Of a DNA stretch of 28,744 nt, positions 1 to 11,736 are shown one piece after another (position 1 is the stretch's first letter; each line of letters opens with the position of its first letter). This DNA is from a virus (Duplodnaviria > Heunggongvirae > Uroviricota > Caudoviricetes). Made by a program: the position numbers and the translations under genes. Below the pieces are notes generated by a model, which did no database searches, was not told the origin of the DNA, and was given only the letters and a program-made list of their open reading frames with translations. Location of the stretch: positions 1-28,744 of the IMG/VR virus record IMGVR_UViG_2923307698_000001. One strand, 5' to 3'.

Positions 1-52
1 CTACGCTTTCACGTAACCCCTTGATTTATTTGTTGAGCTGGCGGTGTCTGAA
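1..52. repeat. Distal att-site direct repeat: degenerate copy of the ssrA 3' end plus terminator region
   Basis: Positions 1..32 are identical to 27655..27686. Positions 33..52 continue the match to the tmRNA 3' end with a 1-bp deletion and a few mismatches (ttgagctggcgg vs tggagctggcgg). The repeat may extend left of the window. Confidence 0.7.
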
Positions 53-217
53 TTGGTGCTGTAATTGGTTGAAATATTTATTCTAATGTCTGGTTCAACT
101 TTCCTTAGCTGCCTGAAAGTTTTTTTGATCTTACCCATCAATAATAGGGTTACGGTACACCACGCCTGACTGATGAACTGCGTGCTCAGGGTTACCTCTT
201 CAACGTAAAACCGTGGC

Positions 218-400
218 AGGAGGTCCGGACTGAAAAAACTGCTCAGGACATTATCGGCGGTGGACGCACGGGTAGTCTGTAAACCGAACCGACTGGGGCG
301 CAGTATGTGGCATCTTGTCGTGCTGTTGGAGGAGCTGTGCAAACGTGGTATTAACTTTCGTGCTCTGGCCCAATCTATATTTGCCCAACAATGGGGGGAC
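218..400 (+). pseudogene. Serine recombinase (Pin/Hin/Gin-type DNA invertase) internal fragment
   Basis: Translation KKLLRTLSA..RLGRSMWHLVVLLEELCKRGINFRALAQSI aligns with the middle of the intact Pin at 19219..19785 (KKLLRTLSAGDTLVVWKLDRLGRSMRHLVTLIEELRQRGVNFRSLTDSI). No N-terminal catalytic region or C-terminal HTH is present. Confidence 0.6.
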
Positions 401-777
401 GAATGCTGTAAAAGTAAAAGAATCTGCGATCTCAAAGTTATTGTGTTATTTTTATGTGAGCAGAAGATATTCATCAGAAACGATTATGTAAATCATTTTA
501 TTTTGCCGACGGCCTGATTGTCGAAAGAAAAGAATACCCCCGTATTCCCTGAATAGATTGACTTTTTTATCCAACCATACTTCAGCGCACTGCGTTTAAA
601 AAATGCTTCTTTCTTATGTGGAATATCATCATTTCATCATGATGTCTTTGATGAGCGGTGAACACAATACACTTGCGCTGTCTCTTCAGGATGAATCCCC
701 TGGTCTGGTGCCTGTGGGCTGATGTTGCAGCAGAGCTAAGGTCGCTTAAACGCTACTCAGTATTCACTTTTCAGAGG

Positions 778-1218
778 ATGAAATTTATGAACAGGACCAG
801 TCCCCATTATTGTCGCCGCTCAGTACTTTCCTTATTGATATCTGCCTTGATATATGCCCCGCCTGGGATGACGGCCTTCACTCCTGATGTTATTGGTGTG
901 GTAAACGATGAGACTGTAGATGGCAGCCAAAGAGTAGATGAACGAGGTACAACAAATAACACTCATATTATCAACCATGGCCAGCAGAATGTTCATGGCG
1001 GGGTATCTAATGGAAGTCTTATTGAATCGGGTGGATATCAAGATGTAGGAAGTCATAACAATTTTGTGGGGCAGGCTAATAATACAACCATTAACGGAGG
1101 AAGACAGACAATTCATGACGGGGGCATTTCCGCCGGTACGATAATCGACAGTGGCAATCAGGACGTTTATACAGGTGGTATCAGCAATGGAACGACAATT
1201 AAGGGTGGTAATTCACAC
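778..1218 (+). pseudogene. Autotransporter adhesin (AIDA-I/Ag43-like passenger) N-terminal fragment, truncated by IS insertion
   Basis: ATG at 778 preceded by agagga. Hydrophobic signal-like N-terminus (RRSVLSLLISALIYAPPGMTA) followed by degenerate Gly/Asn/Thr-rich repeats of the form GG.S.GT.I..GNQ.V. The frame runs straight into the IS end at 1219. Confidence 0.5.
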
Positions 1219-1226
1219 TGTAGTGG

Positions 1227-3495
<2,269 letters not shown>

Positions 3496-3518
<23 letters not shown>

Positions 3519-4146
3519 TGTACCGCTGAGTCTGAAATCTGTCAGTGACTCCGGTGAGTTTGAAGGGTATGGCTCCGTCTTTGGTGTAAAGGACAGCCAC
3601 GATGATGTGGTGATGTCCGGGGCATTTGCTGCTTCCCTGCGGGCGTGGAGTGACAGAAAAGCGTTACCTGCGCTGCTCTGGCAGCACCGCATGGATGAAC
3701 CCATCGGTGTTTACACCGAAATGAAGGAAGACGATGTCGGGCTTTACGTCAGGGGACGGTTGCTTATTGATGATGATCCCCTCGCAAAACGCGCACATGC
3801 ACACATGAAGGCCGGTTCGTTAACCGGCCTTTCTATTGGGTACGTCCTGAAAGACTGGGAATACGACCGGAGCAAAGAAGCCTTTCTGCTGAAAGAAATC
3901 GACCTCTGGGAAGTCAGCCTGGTGACGTTCCCGTCTAACGACGAGGCGCGGATCAGCGACGTCAAGAACGCACTGGCCCGCGGGGAAATCCCCGAACAGA
4001 AAAAAATCGAAAGAGTCCTGCGTGATGTCGGACTCTCCCGTACCCAGGCCAAAGCATTCATGGCCGGGGGCTATGGCGCACTGTCCCTGCGCGACGCTGA
4101 GGATGTGGGCTCTGCACTGAATGCACTGAAAAATCTGAACTTCTAA
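3496..4146 (+). CDS. Prohead protease (HK97 gp4-like)
   Basis: MQTKQRLDVPLSLKSVSDSGEFEGYGSVFGVKDSHDDVVMSGAFAASL is a typical protease N-terminus. ATG at 3496 follows gaagga at 3483..3488; the ORF-track start at 3460 has no RBS. It sits between portal and capsid. Confidence 0.75.
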
Positions 4147-4160
4147 TCAGGAGAAATACG

Positions 4161-5366
4161 ATGGCGGTTGATATTAAAGATGTCGAACAGGTCGCGCAGG
4201 AGCTGCAGCAGAAGTTTGACGACTTCAAAGCAAAGAACGACAAGCGCGTGGATGCGATTGAGCAGGAAAAAGGCAAGCTTGCCGGGCAGGTGGAAACCCT
4301 GAACGGGAAACTCAGCGAGCTGGAAAATCTCAAAAGCGACCTTGAAAAAGAGCTGCTTGAGCTGAAACGTCCGGCTGGTGGAGCGCAAAATAAACTGGCC
4401 ACCGAGCATAAAGAGGCGTTTGTGGGCTTCCTGCGTAAAGGCCGTGAAGACGGTCTGCGCGATCTGGAGCGTAAGGCATTGCAGGTGGGTACCGATGAAG
4501 ACGGTGGCTACGCCGTGCCGGAAGAACTGGATCGCAACATTCTTAACCTGCTGAAAGATGAAGTGGTGATGCGTCAGGAAGCCACGGTGATCACCGTTGG
4601 CGGTTCCGACTACAAAAAACTGGTGAATCTGGGCGGTACGGCTTCCGGATGGGTGGGGGAAACGGATACGCGATCCCAGACTGCCACCTCCAGACTGGAG
4701 CTGATTGAACCTCTCATGGGGGAAATTTACGGCAACCCGCAGGCTACCCAGAAAATGCTGGACGATGCCTTCTTCAACGTGGAGGCCTGGATCAACAGCG
4801 AGCTGGCAACCGAATTTGCCGAACAGGAAGAAATTGCCTTTACCTCAGGCGATGGCACCAAGAAGCCGAAAGGGTTCCTGGCGTATGAATCCACTGATGA
4901 AACCGACAAGGTCCGGGCGTTCGGCAAACTTCAGCATATTGTATCCGGCGAAGCGACCGCGGTGACCGCAGACGCCATTATCAAACTGATTTACACGCTG
5001 CGTAAGGCACACCGCACTGGCGCGAAGTTCATGATGAACAACAACAGCCTGTTTGCCATCCGTCTGCTGAAAGACACCGAGGGTAACTATCTGTGGCGTC
5101 CGGGGCTGGAACTGGGGCAGCCGTCCTCTCTGGCGGGTTACGGTATCGCTGAAAACGAACAGATGCCGGATATCGCCGCTGATGCGAAAGCCATTGCATT
5201 TGGTAACTTCAAACGGGGTTACACCATCGTTGACCGTATCGGCACCCGCATTCTGCGTGACCCGTACACCAATAAACCGTTTGTCGGTTTTTATACCACC
5301 AAGCGCACCGGCGGGATGCTGGTCGATTCGCAGGCCATCAAACTGCTGAAGATTGCAGCGGCGTAA
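4161..5366 (+). CDS. Major capsid protein (HK97 fold) with N-terminal coiled-coil delta/scaffold domain
   Basis: 401 aa. RBS aggag before ATG 4161. N-terminal charged coiled coil (KLSELENLKSDLEKELLELK) then a capsid-like body. Position is right after the protease. Confidence 0.8.
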   Translation: MAVDIKDVEQVAQELQQKFDDFKAKNDKRVDAIEQEKGKLAGQVETLNGKLSELENLKSDLEKELLELKRPAGGAQNKLATEHKEAFVGFLRKGREDGLRDLERKALQVGTDEDGGYAVPEELDRNILNLLKDEVVMRQEATVITVGGSDYKKLVNLGGTASGWVGETDTRSQTATSRLELIEPLMGEIYGNPQATQKMLDDAFFNVEAWINSELATEFAEQEEIAFTSGDGTKKPKGFLAYESTDETDKVRAFGKLQHIVSGEATAVTADAIIKLIYTLRKAHRTGAKFMMNNNSLFAIRLLKDTEGNYLWRPGLELGQPSSLAGYGIAENEQMPDIAADAKAIAFGNFKRGYTIVDRIGTRILRDPYTNKPFVGFYTTKRTGGMLVDSQAIKLLKIAAA

Positions 5367-5369
5367 TCA

Positions 5370-5393
5370 CTCAGGGGCGCGGAACCGCGCCCC
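5370..5393 (+). terminator. GC-rich stem-loop downstream of the capsid gene (attenuator or mRNA-stabilising hairpin)
   Basis: ggggcgcgg aacc gcgcccct is a perfect GC stem. No clear T-tract follows, so it is probably not a strong intrinsic terminator. Confidence 0.35.
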
Positions 5394-5415
5394 CTGTTCT
5401 GACGGGTGAAGAATC

Positions 5416-5616
5416 ATGATCCTGAAACAAGATCTGAAATGGTCACCGGACGGTATGCGTGTTGAGGTCATTCGGGCCGGTGAGTATGACGACGGGGCGC
5501 TTCCTGCCCGGGTGCAGGAGATTGCACTTCAGGCCGGTTTAGCAGAGCGCGGAACCAGTGCAAAAAGCAGTAAAGCGGCAAAAGAGAAAAAAGCCACGGC
5601 CAGTAAAGAGGGCTGA
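5416..5616 (+). CDS. Small hypothetical head-module protein, Lys-rich C-terminus
   Basis: 66-aa ORF with ATG start in the capsid-to-connector gap. C-terminal SAKSSKAAKEKKATASKEG. No recognisable family. Confidence 0.4.
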   Translation: MILKQDLKWSPDGMRVEVIRAGEYDDGALPARVQEIALQAGLAERGTSAKSSKAAKEKKATASKEG

Positions 5617-5618
5617 GT

Positions 5619-5942
5619 ATGCTTCTGACAATGGAAGAGATTAAAGCCCAACTCCGGCTGGATGAGGATTTCGATGCTGATGACCGCCATCTGCAACTGC
5701 TGGCCTGTGCGGCGCAAAAGCGGACGGAAACGTATCTGAACCGGAAGCTCTATGCACCGGATGAAACCATTCCGGACAGCGATCCGGACGGACTGCACCT
5801 GCCGGATGATATTCGCCTGGGGATGCTGATGCTTATCAGCCATTTTTACGAAAACCGCTCGTCGGTTACGGAAGTGGAGAAACTCGACATGCCGCAGAGT
5901 TTTGGCTGGCTTGTTGGCCCGTACAGGTACTTTCCGCAATGA
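5619..5942 (+). CDS. Head-tail connector (gp6-like) protein
   Basis: 107 aa immediately after the capsid cluster; size and position are typical. Start overlaps the upstream stop. Confidence 0.55.
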   Translation: MLLTMEEIKAQLRLDEDFDADDRHLQLLACAAQKRTETYLNRKLYAPDETIPDSDPDGLHLPDDIRLGMLMLISHFYENRSSVTEVEKLDMPQSFGWLVGPYRYFPQ

Positions 5943-6349
5943 AAATTCGTCAGGCGCAGACCAGCGCAACCTACATTCTGCCGGACCCCGGCGAACTGAA
6001 TAAACGCGTCCTGATCCGCCAGCGGGTGGATATGCCCGCGGATAACTTTGGCGTGGAGCCTCAATACCCGGTTATGTTCCGGACATGGGCGAGGGTTATC
6101 CAGACCAGTGCCACCACCTGGCAGGAAACCGCGCAGACCGGAGACGCCATCACCCATTACATCACCATTCGCTACCGCCGGGGGATCACTGCTGATTATG
6201 AGGTGGTCTGTGATGACAGTGTGTACCGGGTGAAACGTCAGCGCGATCTGAACGGGGCGCGGCGCTTTCTGCTGCTGGAGTGTACGGAGCTGGGCGAATG
6301 TAGGCAGAGTCACGGAGGCAACAATGACGACTTCCTTTTTGCACGTTGA
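5939..6349 (+). CDS. Head closure / head-tail adaptor protein
   Basis: 136 aa, translationally coupled (start overlaps stop of the previous gene). Call rests on gene order. Confidence 0.5.
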   Translation: MKIRQAQTSATYILPDPGELNKRVLIRQRVDMPADNFGVEPQYPVMFRTWARVIQTSATTWQETAQTGDAITHYITIRYRRGITADYEVVCDDSVYRVKRQRDLNGARRFLLLECTELGECRQSHGGNNDDFLFAR

Positions 6350-6830
6350 TTTTCAGCAGCCCGCGGAGATGCGCTTTAACCGCGCCCGTGTCCGGCGGGC
6401 GTTTGTCACGATTGGTCAGCGTCATATGCGTGATGCCCGTCGGCTGGTGATGCGCCGTGCGCGGTCGGCACCGGGTGAAAACCCCGGTTATCAGACCGGA
6501 CGCCTGGCTCGTTCGATTGGTTACATGGTACCCAGAGCCAGTAAAAAGCGAGCCGGTTTTATGACACGCATTGCCCCTAACCAGCACAACGGGAAGGGGA
6601 ACCGGATGATCTCTGGTGACTTCTATCCGGCGTTTCTGTTTTTTGGTGTCCGGGGAGGAGCAAGACGTCGTCGTAGTCATCATCGTGGTGCATCCGGTGG
6701 CAGCGGCTGGCGACTGGCTCCACGTAATAACTTCATGGTGGAAACGCTTGAAAAGAACCGCAGCTGGACACGCTATTTTCTGGCGCGGGAATTGCGTAAA
6801 TCACTGAAGCCGGAGCGACGACACAGATGA
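6324..6830 (+). CDS. Neck / tail completion protein (HK97 gp10-like), Arg-rich
   Basis: 168 aa. ATG 6324 preceded by ggagg. Call rests on position and composition. Confidence 0.5.
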   Translation: MTTSFLHVDFQQPAEMRFNRARVRRAFVTIGQRHMRDARRLVMRRARSAPGENPGYQTGRLARSIGYMVPRASKKRAGFMTRIAPNQHNGKGNRMISGDFYPAFLFFGVRGGARRRRSHHRGASGGSGWRLAPRNNFMVETLEKNRSWTRYFLARELRKSLKPERRHR

Positions 6831-7387
6831 AACTGACGCCTGTTATTGCTGCACTGCGTGCCCGCTGTCAGTATTTTGAAAACCGGGTTGCAGGCGCGGC
6901 CCAGTTCAAAAATCTGCCGGAGGTCGGAAAGCTGAAACTCCCGGCGGCATATGTGGTACCGGGGGATGATTCTCCGGGAGAAAACAAAAGCCAGACCGAC
7001 TACTGGCAGGAGCTGAAAGAGGGCTTCTCCGTGGTTGTCATACTGAGTAACGGGCGTGATGAGCGCGGTCAGTTTGCTTCGTATGATGTGGTGGACGATG
7101 TCCGGCAGATGCTCTTTAAAGCCCTGCTGGGCTGGAACCCGGAAGCGTGCGGTAACCCGATTACCTATGACGGCGGCACGCTGCTGGATCTGAATCGTCA
7201 TGAGCTGATTTATCAGTTCGATTTTTCGGTCATCAGCGAGCTGACCGAAGACGATACCCGCCAGCAGGATGAGCTGAACAGTCTGGATGAACTGCGAACG
7301 CTGGCGATTGATGTTGATTATCTCGATCCCGGTAACGGGCCTGACGGCGATATCGAACATCACACCGAAATAACCCTTCCTTCCTGA
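6827..7387 (+). CDS. Mu gp37-like (DUF1834-type) tail-proximal virion protein
   Basis: 186 aa, coupled start. Lies just upstream of the small protein and sheath, as in Mu-like tail modules. Confidence 0.5.
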   Translation: MKLTPVIAALRARCQYFENRVAGAAQFKNLPEVGKLKLPAAYVVPGDDSPGENKSQTDYWQELKEGFSVVVILSNGRDERGQFASYDVVDDVRQMLFKALLGWNPEACGNPITYDGGTLLDLNRHELIYQFDFSVISELTEDDTRQQDELNSLDELRTLAIDVDYLDPGNGPDGDIEHHTEITLPS

Positions 7388-7395
7388 GGATCCTC

Positions 7396-7566
7396 ATGTT
7401 TGTCAAACCTGTTAAAGGGCGGTCAGTGCCTGACCCTGCCCGCGGCGACCTTTTGCCCGCCGAAGGGCGAAATGTTGACGAGAACAACTACTGGCTGCGC
7501 CGTGAAGCAGCGGGTGATATCCGGCGCGTGAATAAAAAGGTGAACACCGATGACGATAAGCTTTAA
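7396..7566 (+). CDS. Small conserved protein preceding the sheath (DUF2635-like)
   Basis: 56-aa ORF missing from the ORF track: MFVKPVKGRSVPDPARGDLLPAEGRNVDENNYWLRREAAGDIRRVNKKVNTDDDKL. RBS gagga precedes it; its 3' end overlaps the sheath start. Confidence 0.45.
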   Translation: MFVKPVKGRSVPDPARGDLLPAEGRNVDENNYWLRREAAGDIRRVNKKVNTDDDKL

Positions 7567-9046
7567 CACCATTCCGTCGAATACGCTGGTTCCGTTGTTT
7601 TATGCGGAAATGGATAACCAGGCGGCGAATACTGCACAGGACAGCGGAGCATCGCTGCTGATTGGTCATGCCAATAACGGTGCAGAGATTGTTGCCAACA
7701 GTCTGGTACTGATGCCGTCGGCAGACTATGCACGCCAGATTTGTGGTGCGGGAAGTCAGCTGGCGCGTATGGTCGAGGCTTATCGCCAGACTGACCCGTT
7801 TGGCGAGCTGTATGTGATTGCCGTTCCTGAATCCACAGGCGCGGCGGCAACGGTTACGCTGACGGTGACCGGGGAAGCAACCGAAAGCGGCACGGTGAAT
7901 GTCTATGTGGGACGTACCCGCGTGCAGGCTCCGGTGACCAACGGCGATAACGTCACGACGATTGCCAGCAGTATCCAGGATGCCATCAATGCCGTTCCGA
8001 CTCTGCCGTTTACAGCTTCATCTTCGGCTGGTGTTGTCACGCTGACCGCGCGTCATAAGGGGCTTTGCGGGAATGAAATTCCTGTCAGCCTCAATTACTA
8101 CGGCTTCGGTGGGGGTGAAGTGCTGCCAGCGGGCGTACAGATTGCCGTGGCGACGGGGACCGCCGGAACGGGCGCTCCGGTTCTCACCGGCGCGGTGGCT
8201 GCAATGGGGGATGAGCCGTTTGATTATATCGGTCTGCCGTTCAACGACACGGCCTCCGTTAACACGCTGGTGACCGAGATGAACGATACCAGCGGTCGCT
8301 GGAGCTATGCGCGTCAGCTGTATGGTCATGTGTATACGGCAAAGACCGGCACACTGTCAGAACTGGTGAACGCAGGTGACCAGTTTAACCAGCAGCACAT
8401 CACCCTGGCGGGGTACGAAAAAGAGACCCAGACGCCTGCCGACGAGCTGGCGGCAAGCCGTACCGCCCGCGCAGCGGTGTTTATCCGCAACGATCCGGCA
8501 CGTCCCACGCAGACCGGTGAGCTGGTGGGTATGCTGCCTGCGCCGAAGGGGAAACGGTTCACGATGACCGAGCAGCAGACCCTGCTGTCTCATGGCGTGG
8601 CAACGGCGTATGTCGAAAGCGGGGGGCTGCGCATTCAGCGTGATGTCACCACGTACAGGAAAAATGCTTACGGGGTTGCGGATAACAGCTACCTCGACAG
8701 CGAGACGCTGCATACCAGTGCGTATGTACTGCGCAAACTGAAATCCGTCATTACCAGTAAGTACGGGCGTCACAAGCTTGCCAGCGACGGTACCCGCTTT
8801 GGTCCCGGTCAGGCGATTGTCACCCCGGCGGTAATCAAAGGGGAACTGCTGGCAACCTACCGTCAGCTTGAGCGTGCGGGGATCGTGGAAAACTACGAAC
8901 TGTTTAAGCAGTACCTGGTTGTTGAGCGTGATGCCAGCGATCCGAACCGCCTGAACACGCTGTTCCCGCCTGACTATGTTAACCAGTTGCGTGTTTTTGC
9001 CGTGGTTAACCAGTTCCGTCTTCAGTATTCAGAGGAGTCTGCATAA
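7550..9046 (+). CDS. Contractile tail sheath protein (Mu L-like)
   Basis: 498 aa, followed directly by a 118-aa tube gene. Stop and start overlap (taATG). Confidence 0.8.
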   Translation: MTISFNTIPSNTLVPLFYAEMDNQAANTAQDSGASLLIGHANNGAEIVANSLVLMPSADYARQICGAGSQLARMVEAYRQTDPFGELYVIAVPESTGAAATVTLTVTGEATESGTVNVYVGRTRVQAPVTNGDNVTTIASSIQDAINAVPTLPFTASSSAGVVTLTARHKGLCGNEIPVSLNYYGFGGGEVLPAGVQIAVATGTAGTGAPVLTGAVAAMGDEPFDYIGLPFNDTASVNTLVTEMNDTSGRWSYARQLYGHVYTAKTGTLSELVNAGDQFNQQHITLAGYEKETQTPADELAASRTARAAVFIRNDPARPTQTGELVGMLPAPKGKRFTMTEQQTLLSHGVATAYVESGGLRIQRDVTTYRKNAYGVADNSYLDSETLHTSAYVLRKLKSVITSKYGRHKLASDGTRFGPGQAIVTPAVIKGELLATYRQLERAGIVENYELFKQYLVVERDASDPNRLNTLFPPDYVNQLRVFAVVNQFRLQYSEESA

Positions 9047-9402
9047 TGGCCCGTATCGGGGGAACCTGTTATTTCAAAATTGACGGTCAGCAGCTATCGC
9101 TGACCGGCGGCATTGAGGTGCCCATGAACAGGACGGTCAATGATGACATCATCGGCCTGGACGGTTCAGTGGACCGCAAGGAAACTCACCGTGCGCCTTA
9201 TGTCAAAGGGACCTTCAAGGTGCCGAAGAATTTTCCGGTGAGCAAAATCACCTCGTCTGATGAGATGACCATCACTGCCGAGCTGGCGAACGGTCAGGTC
9301 TATGTATTGTCGTCCGCCTGGCTGCACGGCGAAGCGAACCATAATGCCGAAGAAGGCACGGTTGATCTTGAGTTCCACGGTGAAGAAGGGGATTACCAGT
9401 AA
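9046..9402 (+). CDS. Tail tube protein (Mu M-like)
   Basis: 118 aa immediately downstream of the sheath. Confidence 0.7.
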   Translation: MARIGGTCYFKIDGQQLSLTGGIEVPMNRTVNDDIIGLDGSVDRKETHRAPYVKGTFKVPKNFPVSKITSSDEMTITAELANGQVYVLSSAWLHGEANHNAEEGTVDLEFHGEEGDYQ

Positions 9403-9671
9403 TGAAAGAGCTTGAGTTAAAGAAACCGATTATCGCTCATGGTGAGACACTCTCCGTACTGGAGTTTGATGAACCCACCGGGAAGGATGTCCGCGAGCTG
9501 GGGTATCCCTACCAGATGAATCAGGATGAGTCCGTCAGACTTCTGGCGCATGTGGTGTCGAAATACATTGTGCGGCTGGCGAAAGTGCCGCAAAGCTCTG
9601 TCGACCAGATGTCTCCGGCAGACCTGAATGCAGCGGCGTGGCTTGTGGCTGGTTTTTTCCTCCAGGCCTGA
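9402..9671 (+). CDS. Tail assembly chaperone (G-like); a -1 frameshift gives an extended GT-like product reaching 9820
   Basis: 89-aa ORF between tube and tape measure. The zero frame contains T TTT TTC at 9653..9659; the -1 frame stays open to 9820 and overlaps the tape-measure start. Confidence 0.6.
   Translation: MKELELKKPIIAHGETLSVLEFDEPTGKDVRELGYPYQMNQDESVRLLAHVVSKYIVRLAKVPQSSVDQMSPADLNAAAWLVAGFFLQA
9653..9659 (+). other. Programmed -1 ribosomal frameshift slippery heptamer T TTT TTC
   Basis: Codons GGT TTT TTC in the chaperone frame. A -1 slip enters the frame of ORF 9638..9820 (FFPPGLTAEY...). Confidence 0.55.
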
Positions 9672-9812
9672 CGGCTGAATACCTCACTGATCGCTTCTTT
9701 GACTGCGCCAGCTACTGGCGCATTAATCCCTTCGAATTGCTGAATATGCCGATCAGTGAAATTCCCTTGCTGGTCAGTCAGGCAAACAGGATAGAGCAGG
9801 AGAAACGCACAC

Positions 9813-11645
9813 ATGGCTGAATTTGAGCTTAAGGCGTTGATCACCGGTGTCGACAGGCTTTCTCCCGCGCTGTCGAAAATGCAAAAGAAAATCCGGGGAT
9901 TTAAACGCCAGGCGGAAGAAGCGTCACAGGGTGGGCTGGCGCTTGGTGGCGGACTGGCAGCGGGGCTGACGCTTTCCCTGAAATCTTATGCCGATCAGGA
10001 AAACGCCGCTACCGGGCTGAAAGTCGCCATGATGGATGCGAACGGCGAGGTTGGAAAGAGCTTTCAGGACATCAATAAACTGGCTATTGGCCTGGGTAAC
10101 CAGCTACCCGGTACAACGGCTGATTTCCAGAACATGATGCAGATGCTGGTGCGTCAGGGGATCCCGGCAGAAAACATTCTGGGTGGTGTGGGTAAAGCGA
10201 CAGCTTATCTTGCGGTACAACTGAAAAAAACACCGGAAGCGGCTGCCGAGTTTGCCGCAAAGATGCAGGATGCTACCGGAACGGCCTCAGAAGACATGAT
10301 GGGGCTGTTCGACACAATTCAGAAGGCGTTTTATCTGGGCGTTGACGACACCAACATGCTGTCATTCTTCACTAAAACCAGCTCTGTTCTGAAGATGGTG
10401 AACAAGGACGGTCTTCAGGCTGCACAGAGCCTTGCCCCCATCAGCGTCATGATGGATCAGATGGGGATGAACGGGGAGTCGGCAGGTAACGCCCTGCGAA
10501 AAGTTATCCAGTCCGGATTAAGCGTTAAGAAAATCAGGGACGTCAATAAAATCATGGCCCGCCAGAAACTCGGGGTACAGCTCGATTTTACTGACGGCAA
10601 AGGGAGTTTTGGCGGTCTTGATAACATGTTCAGGCAACTGGCAAAGCTGCGAAAACTGACCGACGTTAAACGAACTGGTGTACTTAAGGCAATATTTGGT
10701 GATGATGCCGAAACCCTTCAGGTGGTCAATGCGCTGATCGATAAAGGAAAGGATGGCTACGATCAGATCCAGCAGAAGATGAATAAACAGGCCAGCCTGA
10801 ATAAACATGTTCAGGCACAGCTTGGTACGCTGTCCAACCTGTGGGAGGCAATGACGGGGACCGCAACTAACGGCCTTGCGGCTATTGGCGGCGCATTTTC
10901 TGGTGACGCCAAAAATATCACGCAATGGCTGGGGGAGTTAGGGGAAAAATTCACGAAGTTTGCGGATGAAAATCCCCGGGTTATTCGCGGCGTCGTCGGG
11001 CTTGCTGCCGGTCTTGCGATTCTGAAACTGGGATTGATGGGCGTGGGCAGTGCCATCAGTATCGTCAGCAGGATCATGTCGATGACGCCGATTGGCATGA
11101 TTGCGACGGCGATTGCCTTGGCTGCGGGATTAATTATCACTAACTGGGATGTTGTCGGACCTTATTTTAAGAAACTCTGGGAAACCATTAGTCCTTATTT
11201 TGAGGCTGGCTGGGAACTTCTGAAGAAGGTTTTTGCCTGGTCGCCGCTGGGGATGGTGATCAATAACTGGGGACCGGTTGTTAAGTGGTTTCAGGATATG
11301 TGGGATAAGCTGAAGCCGATTATTGAATGGTTTACCGACAGTTCCGGTGACACGGTCGATGCCATTAACTCGGCGCAGTGGGGCGCGGGTGCTTATGATG
11401 CTTATGGGACGGGAATACCGCCACGGGGATACACTCCTTATCCGGAGGTGGATCCGGCTCAGGCAAACAACGCCTCCGGTGCCACAGGCCCGAATCCTTT
11501 CATGATTAATAAAGCTACCGCGCCAAAAGTTGATGGTGAGATCAAGGTATCATTTATAAATATGCCATCAGGTATGCGGGTTACGGAAACACGCTCCAGT
11601 GGCATTGATATAAATCACGATGTTGGCTATACCCGATTTTGGTAG
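9813..11645 (+). CDS. Tail tape measure protein (Mu-like module)
   Basis: 610 aa, largely alpha-helical composition with a C-terminal hydrophobic stretch (VVGLAAGLAILKLGLMGVGSAISIV). Standard position after the chaperone. Confidence 0.8.
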   Translation: MAEFELKALITGVDRLSPALSKMQKKIRGFKRQAEEASQGGLALGGGLAAGLTLSLKSYADQENAATGLKVAMMDANGEVGKSFQDINKLAIGLGNQLPGTTADFQNMMQMLVRQGIPAENILGGVGKATAYLAVQLKKTPEAAAEFAAKMQDATGTASEDMMGLFDTIQKAFYLGVDDTNMLSFFTKTSSVLKMVNKDGLQAAQSLAPISVMMDQMGMNGESAGNALRKVIQSGLSVKKIRDVNKIMARQKLGVQLDFTDGKGSFGGLDNMFRQLAKLRKLTDVKRTGVLKAIFGDDAETLQVVNALIDKGKDGYDQIQQKMNKQASLNKHVQAQLGTLSNLWEAMTGTATNGLAAIGGAFSGDAKNITQWLGELGEKFTKFADENPRVIRGVVGLAAGLAILKLGLMGVGSAISIVSRIMSMTPIGMIATAIALAAGLIITNWDVVGPYFKKLWETISPYFEAGWELLKKVFAWSPLGMVINNWGPVVKWFQDMWDKLKPIIEWFTDSSGDTVDAINSAQWGAGAYDAYGTGIPPRGYTPYPEVDPAQANNASGATGPNPFMINKATAPKVDGEIKVSFINMPSGMRVTETRSSGIDINHDVGYTRFW

Positions 11646-11736
11646 CCAGGATTCCCCTCACAGGTATTGCTGGTTGTAAGTCATAAATAGAGTGATAGAA
11701 TTAATGCACATTTAGAAAAATGTTAATAGGCGAAAA
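11646..11736 (+). promoter_or_regulatory. Putative sigma70 promoter and operator-like palindrome for the moron
   Basis: -35-like TTGTAA (11674..11679), 16-bp spacer, extended -10 TGaTAGAAT (11693..11701). Perfect palindrome ACATTT-N4-AAATGT at 11707..11722, just before ATG 11737. Confidence 0.3.

Noticed and set aside
1-474. 157-aa ORF on the minus strand
   Set aside because: Antisense to the invertase fragment and att repeat. Low-complexity translation, no RBS, no recognisable motif.
6773-7363. 196-aa minus-strand ORF, plus similar antisense ORFs (5529..5969, 5846..6313, 6186..6683, 25479..26284, 25637..26284)
   Set aside because: All lie antisense to well-supported, translationally coupled structural genes and lack start context.
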